Positions 19,411-25,879 of a DNA stretch of 34,040 bases are shown in pieces. Source of the stretch: a virus; the UHGV virus genome UHGV-0159305. The stretch is one strand, 5' to 3'. The notes below the pieces were generated by a model. That model was not told the DNA's origin and ran no database searches. It saw only the letters and a list, made by a program, of their open reading frames with translations. The number at the start of each line of letters is the position of its first letter. Position 1 is the stretch's first letter. Made by a program: the position numbers and the translations under genes.

Positions 19411-20718
19411 ATGGCCACTATGGGGCCTACAGAGGAAAGGAAGCGGCGCACCGAAGCGCTGCGTGGCTGTGTGATCGCGTCCGCGAACGGGGCGCCCGAC
19501 GGGAAGCTGTGGGCGCAGCGAGCTCGCCAGCTGGGGATCACTCACATGCGAATCACGGATTTGTTCGGCGACGGCACCGCCCAGGCCTTGAACAATGGCG
19601 GCGACAAGCTCGGCGAGCTCGACCAGAAGGTGCGGTGGGCCCGCGACGCGAACATTCGGTTCTGGCTGGACCTGTCCTACGTACGGAACCTGTTCATCAA
19701 GGAGAAGGTGAACCCGTACTACAAGACGTGGCAGGAGTGGCTTCCGTACTTCCGAGAGGTGCTGTGCAGGGATTTCCCTGACTCGAACGTCCCCTACCAG
19801 GACTACCCGACGTTGGACTGTGTCGCCCTGGCCGGGGAGCCGATGGTGCTGTGGGGCAACGATAACCCAGTCCAGCAGGCGGGGACGGCCGACCAGTATG
19901 TGTGGTCACTGCTACAGCAGGTGGAGGCGGTGCGCCGCCTCGGGTATGACGGCCCTATCGCCGCGGGCGGGTTCATTCACCTTGGTTCCGACGGCCGCGG
20001 CAGGGACGCGCACGGCGACCTGTTCGATCAGGTGGCTCGCATGCCCGAGGTGGATGTGTTCACCGCGCACGGGTACGACAACCCCTCCGGGGACGCGCTC
20101 CGGAACCTGGCACGGATTGCGACGCAGGCGGGGAAGCCGTTCATCCTGGAGGAGGTCGGCTTCAACGACAAGACTGACGATGCGAAGGCTGCGAAGCTGG
20201 CGGCGTTCGCCGATGTCGCGTCCCTTTCTGGGTTGAACGGCGTCGGCTTGTGGAACATCGGCCAGTATGGCGACTTCGACGTGCGCCCTGACACGGGCCC
20301 GAAGTCGGCGGCAGCGTGGTTGCAGGTGGTTGACGCGGTCGGCGCCCGCAGGCCGGCGGCCTCCGGTGGCGGCGCCCCTGCCCCGGCGGCACCGGAGTGG
20401 ACGGAGTTCGCCGGCAGCATGACTCCCAGCGACAGGTTCATTGCATGCCTGACCGGGCACGCCTTGTGCGTGGGCCCGAAGTCGGAGTGGGGGTCGGTGT
20501 CGGTCTCCGCTGTCGGGCAGAAGCGGCTCGCGACGATCCCTGCCACCGTGTTGGGCGACGCGAAACCGCAGCGGACCTGTTATCCGCTGCTGAAGGCGGA
20601 TGGCACGTCAGACGGTGCGACCGTCGAGGTGTGGCCGAACAAGACGGTGATCGTGAACATCCCCCCGGGCGGCGCCGGGAAGCGGGTCTGCCCGATGATG
20701 TACGCCCCGCTGGCGTGA
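19411..20718 (+). CDS. putative glycoside hydrolase (GH5-like TIM barrel), tail-associated
   Basis: The ORF-track ORF 18982..20718 overlaps the upstream gene. It was trimmed to the in-frame ATG at 19411, preceded by GGAGGGG. Residues match the GH5 pattern: R...H...N(D)NP (acid/base region), HGY, and FILEEVGF (hhTEhG-type nucleophile) at the expected spacing. Confidence 0.45.
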   Translation: MATMGPTEERKRRTEALRGCVIASANGAPDGKLWAQRARQLGITHMRITDLFGDGTAQALNNGGDKLGELDQKVRWARDANIRFWLDLSYVRNLFIKEKVNPYYKTWQEWLPYFREVLCRDFPDSNVPYQDYPTLDCVALAGEPMVLWGNDNPVQQAGTADQYVWSLLQQVEAVRRLGYDGPIAAGGFIHLGSDGRGRDAHGDLFDQVARMPEVDVFTAHGYDNPSGDALRNLARIATQAGKPFILEEVGFNDKTDDAKAAKLAAFADVASLSGLNGVGLWNIGQYGDFDVRPDTGPKSAAAWLQVVDAVGARRPAASGGGAPAPAAPEWTEFAGSMTPSDRFIACLTGHALCVGPKSEWGSVSVSAVGQKRLATIPATVLGDAKPQRTCYPLLKADGTSDGATVEVWPNKTVIVNIPPGGAGKRVCPMMYAPLA

Positions 20719-20753
20719 GTGTCGCCTCAGTCCAGGCCGCGCATACTGGCCTC

Positions 20754-21227
20754 ATGCATGAGCTTGACTTCCCTCCGTTCCCTGCCGAGCTGGTCGGCGC
20801 GGCGTTCGCTGCCGTGGCGTCGTGGATTGGCTGGCTGTTCGCCCGCGCGGACAAGACGTCCGACCGGCGGGTAGAGGCGTTGGAGGCGGCCACGAAGTCG
20901 TTGAACGACAGGGTGGCCACCCTGGAGCGGTCCAGGGAAAAGGCTGAGGCGGCGCGCGACCTCGCGGAGGAGGAGGCGCACCGCCTCAGGGTGCAGGTGT
21001 TCCGGTTGGAGGAGTATGCGGCTGGGCTTATCCGGTGGGGTCTGTCGTTGATCCGGATGATCACCCCAGAGTCCCGCCCGCCGGCGCCGCCGTCACCGCC
21101 AGCCGGTCTCGAGGACGTGAGCGATCTGTGTGGCAGCGTCGTGGCGGCTAGTTCCTTTCCAGCGGACGCCCGCCCCGGTCACGTACCAGGTGATGCCCCG
21201 CCGGGTGAGGGTGACTCGGGTTCCTGA
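20754..21227 (+). CDS. membrane-anchored coiled-coil protein
   Basis: Trimmed from ORF 20397..21227 to the first in-frame ATG. It has an N-terminal transmembrane helix (LVGAAFAAVASWIGWLFA) followed by a charged coiled coil. GC3 is ~88% up to ~21100 and lower in the Pro-rich tail, which overlaps the convergent gene. Confidence 0.4.
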   Translation: MHELDFPPFPAELVGAAFAAVASWIGWLFARADKTSDRRVEALEAATKSLNDRVATLERSREKAEAARDLAEEEAHRLRVQVFRLEEYAAGLIRWGLSLIRMITPESRPPAPPSPPAGLEDVSDLCGSVVAASSFPADARPGHVPGDAPPGEGDSGS

Positions 21228-21350
21228 TGGGCGTCGGCCTCTGCGGATGACGGCTTCGCGGGGGCCGGTCGCTACTTTCAGTTTGGTTCGGTCGAGGCCG
21301 CACGCGTCGATGATGGTGAGGGCCTCGCTGATGACTCCTGCTGGGGTCAT
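21093..21350 (-). CDS. hypothetical protein
   Basis: 85-aa ORF with RBS GGGAG 10 nt upstream. It has higher GC3 than the convergent + ORF in the overlap. It is the last gene of the minus-strand cassette. Confidence 0.4.
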   Translation of the reverse strand: MTPAGVISEALTIIDACGLDRTKLKVATGPREAVIRRGRRPSGTRVTLTRRGITWYVTGAGVRWKGTSRHDAATQIAHVLETGWR

Positions 21351-21351
21351 G

Positions 21352-21522
21352 TCAGTTCACTCCCAGCCACTGCCAGAGACCCCAGATGGTGAGGGCGGAG
21401 CCGAGGGTGATGAGGCCGGTGGTGAGGCCTGCGATGGCGTAGGCGGCGCCGGCGAAGACGAGCTCTCCGGCCCGGTTGAGTCGCCGGTCGAGGCTGCTGT
21501 TGTGGGGGGCTGCGTGGCGCAT
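21352..21522 (-). CDS. small transmembrane protein (56 aa; MRHAAPHNSSLDRRLNRAGELVFAGAAYAIAGLTTGLITLGSALTIWGLWQWLGVN)
   Basis: It is below the 60-aa cut-off of the ORF track. The perfect RBS GAAAGGAA lies 7 nt upstream of the ATG. It fills exactly the gap between its two neighbours, and its stop lies 2 nt before the next start. Confidence 0.45.
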   Translation of the reverse strand: MRHAAPHNSSLDRRLNRAGELVFAGAAYAIAGLTTGLITLGSALTIWGLWQWLGVN

Positions 21523-21534
21523 CGGTGGTTCCTT

Positions 21535-21759
21535 TCAGTTGGTGCGGACGATGACGATGGAGCCGGCGGGGGCGGTGGCGTAGGAGCCTTTCTGGGTGCC
21601 CGCGCAGCCTCCGCGGAGGGTGAGGGTCCGGTAGGCGGGCCGGCCGGGGGTCGGCTGGTTGGATTCGACCCTCCAGGTGGCTCCTTCGCGGATGATGAGG
21701 GAGCCGGCGGAGACGCTCTCAATGGGGGTGGGTTTGGTCGGCTGGTGGGGGTACATCAT
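21535..21759 (-). CDS. hypothetical protein
   Basis: 74-aa ORF with RBS GGAAGGAA 6 nt upstream of the ATG-ATG. Its stop overlaps the RBS of the next gene. Confidence 0.45.
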   Translation of the reverse strand: MMYPHQPTKPTPIESVSAGSLIIREGATWRVESNQPTPGRPAYRTLTLRGGCAGTQKGSYATAPAGSIVIVRTN

Positions 21760-21795
21760 TTGGGGTTCCTTCCTGAGGTCGGGGGTGGCGACCGT

Positions 21796-22014
21796 TCACC
21801 TGTTGTCCTGGGTGCCGGCCTGGATGGCGTCTTTGAGGGCGCTGTAGATGCTATCGAGGGTGTCTGTGGGGCTGTAGGGGACGCGGATCGGCTGTCCGTC
21901 GCGGGGGAGGATAATGACCCGCCCATCCTCGACGGTGGCCTTGGTGTGGGCGGGGAGGTCTTGGTCGACGATGACGTTCCAGGCGGCGGTCAGGGCGATG
22001 GTGGCGGTATTCAC
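21796..22014 (-). CDS. hypothetical protein (72 aa)
   Basis: The ORF-track ORF 21796..22071 was trimmed to an internal GTG, preceded by the very strong RBS AAGGAAGGAA at 6-nt spacing. Confidence 0.4.
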   Translation of the reverse strand: MNTATIALTAAWNVIVDQDLPAHTKATVEDGRVIILPRDGQPIRVPYSPTDTLDSIYSALKDAIQAGTQDNR

Positions 22015-22084
22015 GTCTAGGTTCCTTCCTTGTTGGACTGACGGGAACAATACTGCACCCCTGGCTTCCACCTGTCAACGCCGT

Positions 22085-22112
22085 CCCCCGTGAGGCTCGT
22101 CACTCACGGGGG
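22085..22112 (-). terminator. stem-loop (10-bp stem CCCCCGTGAG / CTCACGGGGG, 8-nt loop) downstream of the metallophosphoesterase gene
   Basis: Perfect inverted repeat read directly from the sequence, 80 nt after the stop codon at 22192. It probably separates two leftward transcription units. Confidence 0.5.
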
Positions 22113-22191
22113 AGGCCCCGCCCTCTCGCGCACCTCAAGGGGTGGGGAAGGCGGGGCCGAGGGATGTCGCGGGCCGCGACTCCAGGGTACC

Positions 22192-23346
22192 TCAGGACCA
22201 GAGGCGCCAGGCGGACGATGTCCCGCCGCCCAGCTCGAACGTCAGCAAGCGCGGGAGAGATGACTCCCCGGACGCGTTCTGGAACCAAGAGCTGCCCGGG
22301 TCCATCGTCGGTGCGCAAATGATCTGCCGGCTGTCACCGACCGTCTGCACGGAGAAGGAATGCCAGTGCCCGTGCAGGAGCACGCGGGCGTCCTGCATGC
22401 CCGCCACGCAGCCGAACGCCTGCCCGCGGAACCAATCCGCGACCCGGCTCTTCGAGCCGGCGGCATGCCCGTGAGTGACGCCCATGACCGTCCCGTCAGC
22501 GGCGCGCACGGTCAGCGACTCCAAGCGCTTCTCTGGCGTCTCGAACCGGATGTGCTCGTAGCCGGGGCGACCCTCGACGATCTGCTGGATGTTGTCGGCG
22601 ATCAGCAGGCCGTAGTCGTCCCCGGGGAACGAGGCCCGGTTGGAGCGGCCGACGCCGGTGCGGACCTGGCAGTGGTTCGATGGCACAGCCACGTAGGTAA
22701 CCTCGGGGGCGGCGGCAGCCAGCGACCGGAGCGCGTCGGCGAGCAGTGCCTGCGCGGTCCGGATCTGATAGGTGAGCGGTAGGTCATTGGTCTGCGCCTG
22801 CGACACCGTATTGCTGAACCCTTCGGTAGAGTCGCCACAGTCAACGAGGATGACCCGCCGGTACTGGCCGGCCGCATAGTCGGCGACCCGAGCGACGGCG
22901 GCACGGACGCGACGGACCGTCTCCTCGGTGCCGCCAGCCCGGTCGGTCTTCCCGATCTGCAGGTCTGACACAACCACCACAAGCGTTGCCTGGCCGGTCG
23001 GCGTTGCGGGCGCCTTGACCGACTCCGCGAAGATCGGCGTCAGGTCCTCGAACCGTTTCGCCTGCACCTCGCCGCGCTCAATAACACCCGGCTTGTACGT
23101 GATCTTCTCGTATGACCCGTCCTGCAGGCGGACGGTCTTCCCTCGGGCCGTGATGGCTTCTACGGGCACGCCGAAGTACTCGTCGACACCTCCTTTGGCG
23201 GCCTCGCTGCGGCGCTTCAGTGCCTTCCTGTGCCTCCTGACGGCCGCCTCCGAGGTACCGAACTCGTCGGCGATCCCCTGGTTGGTGCGCCGCTGATGCT
23301 GTGGCAGGGCGTCGTTCTCGAGGATTGCCTCGTCAAGGGGAGTCAC
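22192..23346 (-). CDS. calcineurin-like metallophosphoesterase with N-terminal sigma-region-4-like HTH
   Basis: The ORF-track ORF 22192..23574 was trimmed to the GTG at 23346. RBS GAAGGAGGT lies 6 nt upstream, and the start overlaps the NrdH-like gene's stop by GTGA. MPE motifs are VVVSDLQIG, VDCGDSTEGF, VPSNHCQ, THGHAAG and LLHGHWH. The first ~45 aa carry an HTH (QRRTNQGIADEFGTSEAAVRRHRKAL). Confidence 0.6.
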   Translation of the reverse strand: MTPLDEAILENDALPQHQRRTNQGIADEFGTSEAAVRRHRKALKRRSEAAKGGVDEYFGVPVEAITARGKTVRLQDGSYEKITYKPGVIERGEVQAKRFEDLTPIFAESVKAPATPTGQATLVVVVSDLQIGKTDRAGGTEETVRRVRAAVARVADYAAGQYRRVILVDCGDSTEGFSNTVSQAQTNDLPLTYQIRTAQALLADALRSLAAAAPEVTYVAVPSNHCQVRTGVGRSNRASFPGDDYGLLIADNIQQIVEGRPGYEHIRFETPEKRLESLTVRAADGTVMGVTHGHAAGSKSRVADWFRGQAFGCVAGMQDARVLLHGHWHSFSVQTVGDSRQIICAPTMDPGSSWFQNASGESSLPRLLTFELGGGTSSAWRLWS

Positions 23347-23621
23347 TCGCCGACCTCCTTCTTGTAGTTGTTCACCCACGTGCGGAGCTTGAACATGTTG
23401 AACCCGGCCCAGTGGGCGAGGGTGTCGCCGGTGTGCTTGTCGACCACATAGCAGACGGGGGCGGCCGTGTAGTTGTTGGCTGTGGCGATCGCCTGGGCCG
23501 TGTCGTCGTCCTTGTACTTCGTTTCCAGGTACGGGGTGTTGTTCTTCGTGAGGTACCGCTTCGAGGACCGGCACTGCTGACAGGACGGCTGGGACGCGAT
23601 CATGATCTCGAATGAAGCCAT
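23343..23621 (-). CDS. nrdH: NrdH-like glutaredoxin / thioredoxin-fold redoxin
   Basis: 92-aa ORF with a CxxC motif (SCQQCRS) near the N-terminus and an overall glutaredoxin-like pattern (..APVCYV..). RBS GAAAGGAA lies 7 nt upstream. Confidence 0.55.
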   Translation of the reverse strand: MASFEIMIASQPSCQQCRSSKRYLTKNNTPYLETKYKDDDTAQAIATANNYTAAPVCYVVDKHTGDTLAHWAGFNMFKLRTWVNNYKKEVGE

Positions 23622-23712
23622 TGACTTGTTCCTTTCGTTTTATAAGGGTTTACGTGTAGTGAGGCGGGTGGGGGGTACTCCCGGCTGGTTTCCCTCCCAC
23701 CCGTTTCCCGCA

Positions 23713-24111
23713 TCAGAACGGGGCGTTGAACGTGTTGGACGTGGTCGGTGCGAGCGCCTGCACACCGCCGGCCTTGTCGGCCTTCTTCACATAGCCGAGG
23801 AGTCTCGGGAACCGCACCTCGAGGGCGACACCGGACTTGGCTCCAGACTCCCAGTTCCGGCGGGTGAGCGTCCCGGTCACGGAGACCTGGTCGCCCTTGT
23901 GGAGGATGTCGCCGAGGTAGTTCTCCCGGTCCCCGAAGAACGTGACGTCGATGTACAGGGGGTCGCCGTCGTCCTCCCACTGCTTCGTGTCGCGGTTCTG
24001 CTGCCGTCGCGTGGCGGCGAGGGCCAGCTTCAGCATGGCGGTGCCGGACTGTGCGTACTTGATCTCCGGGTCCCTGGTGAGCGTCCCCGTAACGGTGATC
24101 TCAGCGGCCAT
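23713..24111 (-). CDS. ssb: single-stranded DNA-binding protein
   Basis: The ORF-track ORF 23713..24150 was trimmed to the ATG at 24111 (MAAEITVTG...), preceded by GAAAGGAA at 5-nt spacing. The OB-fold pattern (TGTLTRDPE...W.D.....Y..V..FG..AEN....L.KGD.V.V.G.L..R.WE...) is present, with an F-ending acidic tail. Confidence 0.8.
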   Translation of the reverse strand: MAAEITVTGTLTRDPEIKYAQSGTAMLKLALAATRRQQNRDTKQWEDDGDPLYIDVTFFGDRENYLGDILHKGDQVSVTGTLTRRNWESGAKSGVALEVRFPRLLGYVKKADKAGGVQALAPTTSNTFNAPF

Positions 24112-24481
24112 TGGTGTTCCTTTCGTTGAACAGGTTGATGATGGTGACAAGGTCGGTGACGGTCATGGTGACCCACTGGTCTTCGGGTTTGCCGTTGCCG
24201 TGTCTCTTGTGGATGACGACTCCGGCTGCCCCTCCGATGTTGCCGGCTTCAGTATGGGCTTCCCTGGTCCACTTTGGCAAGTCCATCCGGGTAACGTTTT
24301 TGCATTCGATGGCGATGCGTTTACCCGCGAGGTGGACGCCGGCGATGTCGCCAGAGTCACGCGCCCCGGTTTTGACTTGCCGGTCGACGTGGAGGCCGTA
24401 CAGCCGGTCGTTGAGGTGGTCGGCGATGAGCCGCTCGAACCGGGAGCCGGCCGCTTTCGCGGACTTCAGGTTGCGTCCCAT
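24101..24481 (-). CDS. PD-(D/E)xK nuclease, Holliday-junction-resolvase-like (Hjc/RecU-like)
   Basis: 126-aa ORF with the motif E...D(SGDIAGV)...IAIECK, typical of restriction-endonuclease-fold resolvases. It lies in a recombination module with SSB and RecT. Confidence 0.5.
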   Translation of the reverse strand: MGRNLKSAKAAGSRFERLIADHLNDRLYGLHVDRQVKTGARDSGDIAGVHLAGKRIAIECKNVTRMDLPKWTREAHTEAGNIGGAAGVVIHKRHGNGKPEDQWVTMTVTDLVTIINLFNERNTNGR

Positions 24482-24843
24482 GCTTCACACAGCTCCTTCT
24501 CGACTTGGTCGTAGATGGCGGCCAGTTGAGTCTGCAGGTACTCGCGCATCTGGATGGTGTCTTCCTGCCTGGCGGTCAGGTAGGTGACAGCGTCGGCGAA
24601 GTGCGCCTGCAGGCTGTCGAGGCCGGTCTGCCAGGAGTCGTGGGCGGCGATGTTGTCGACGTGCCTGCGCGCGTACCAGCGGGCCTTCGCCATGTCTTCT
24701 CCGTACGTGGCGCCGTCCTTGACGCCGGCGCGGAGCGCGTACTTCAAGACGTTCCCGATCAGGAATGTTTCCCTTTCAGTCAGGTAGATGACCTCGACGG
24801 GCCACTTCGTGTAGTGGTCGGGGTGGTTCACGTTGTCGCTCAT
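24466..24843 (-). CDS. DUF3310-family phage protein
   Basis: 125-aa ORF with the N-terminal motif VNHPDHYTKW, characteristic of DUF3310. It overlaps the dUTPase stop by ATGA. Confidence 0.5.
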   Translation of the reverse strand: MSDNVNHPDHYTKWPVEVIYLTERETFLIGNVLKYALRAGVKDGATYGEDMAKARWYARRHVDNIAAHDSWQTGLDSLQAHFADAVTYLTARQEDTIQMREYLQTQLAAIYDQVEKELCEAWDAT

Positions 24844-25514
24844 GAGATCACCGCCATGGGAGTGCCGGTGGTGTCAGCCCGATACTGGTCCCACCCTCCG
24901 GCGTGACCGGTCTTGACGGTCCTGATGACGGACAGGCCGTCCGCCTGTTCGTATCCGATGCCGCCGCCGGCGAGGACGGCGATGGGGGTGTCGTTGCCGA
25001 AGCGGAAAGCCGCGTCCTGCAGCTGTCCCATGAGGCGACCGATTGTGAGGGTGCCGGTCTCCTGGGTGGCGTAGTCGCGGGCTGTAGCACCGCTGCCGGT
25101 GGATCCGAAGCCTCCCGTGCCGCGGTCGGTGTCGTCCTGGACGGCGCCCTTGACAACTTCGATGGCGGGCAGCTTGTGGATGATCAGCTGGCAGATGCGC
25201 TCCCTGGCGGCGACCAGCACCGGCTCCGCGAGGACGGCAACGAGGACCTTCAGGTTGCCTCGGTAGCCGGAGTCAATGACGCCGGCACCGTGCGGAATGA
25301 CTAGCCCCTTCGCGCCGGCCGAGGAACGCAGGACCAGTTCCCCGTAGTAGCCGTCGGGGATGGCGACCCGGATGCCGAGGTCGATCGTGTACACGGCGCC
25401 ACGGCGGACAAGGCAAGTCTGCCCTTCGGGGACGTACAGGTCCAGACCCGCGTCCGTGTCGTGTGCCCTGGTCGGGTCCTGCACGTTCATTGTCTTCTGG
25501 ACGGTGAGCTTCAT
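24840..25514 (-). CDS. dut: dUTPase with ~80-aa C-terminal extension
   Basis: The ORF-track ORF 24840..25535 was trimmed to the ATG at 25514, with GGAAGGAA 5 nt upstream and an ATGA overlap with the upstream gene. dUTPase motifs DAGLDLY, GVIDSGYRG and RGTGGFGSTG are present. About 80 aa follow motif V. Confidence 0.8.
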   Translation of the reverse strand: MKLTVQKTMNVQDPTRAHDTDAGLDLYVPEGQTCLVRRGAVYTIDLGIRVAIPDGYYGELVLRSSAGAKGLVIPHGAGVIDSGYRGNLKVLVAVLAEPVLVAARERICQLIIHKLPAIEVVKGAVQDDTDRGTGGFGSTGSGATARDYATQETGTLTIGRLMGQLQDAAFRFGNDTPIAVLAGGGIGYEQADGLSVIRTVKTGHAGGWDQYRADTTGTPMAVIS

Positions 25515-25879
25515 GAGTGTTCCTTCCTGCTCCATGGGGACCGGTCTCTGCCCCTGGTCAAATCATGCGGCTCGGCGTGGTATTTGTCAATGTCGCCTTC
25601 GTCCCAGGCGAGCGGGGAGTGGGCGCCGGCGGCGACGGCGGTCTCGTGCGCCACCTGCGACCCGTAGTTCACGGGAGCGAGATTGCACTGGTTACGGGAC
25701 CATGCGCACGCGATGAGGAGCCTGTCTTCTTCGGGCACGTACTCGCCGGCCCGGCCTTTCTGGATCGACTTGAGTTTCACTCCGGCCATGTCGGCGATCC
25801 GCTGCTCGGAGTGGCCGATCCACATGAGTGACAGGATCCGCCGCTGCACTCCGATCGGGGTGATGGTACGGAGTTTCAC
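25511..25879 (-). CDS. HTH DNA-binding protein (sigma-70 region-4-like)
   Basis: The ORF-track ORF 25511..25987 overlaps RecT. It was trimmed to the GTG at 25879, which overlaps the RecT stop by GTGA. The segment VQRRILSLMWIGHSEQRIADMAGVKLKSIQKGR resembles the sigma region-4 HTH. The start assignment is uncertain. Confidence 0.4.
   Translation of the reverse strand: MKLRTITPIGVQRRILSLMWIGHSEQRIADMAGVKLKSIQKGRAGEYVPEEDRLLIACAWSRNQCNLAPVNYGSQVAHETAVAAGAHSPLAWDEGDIDKYHAEPHDLTRGRDRSPWSRKEHS

Noticed and set aside
22015-23574. N-terminal extensions of ORFs 21796..22071 and 22192..23574
   Set aside because: For 21796..22071 an internal GTG carries the strong RBS AAGGAAGGAA. For 22192..23574 an internal GTG with GAAGGAGGT lies exactly at the GTGA overlap with the upstream redoxin, and the extension would overlap that gene by 230 nt.
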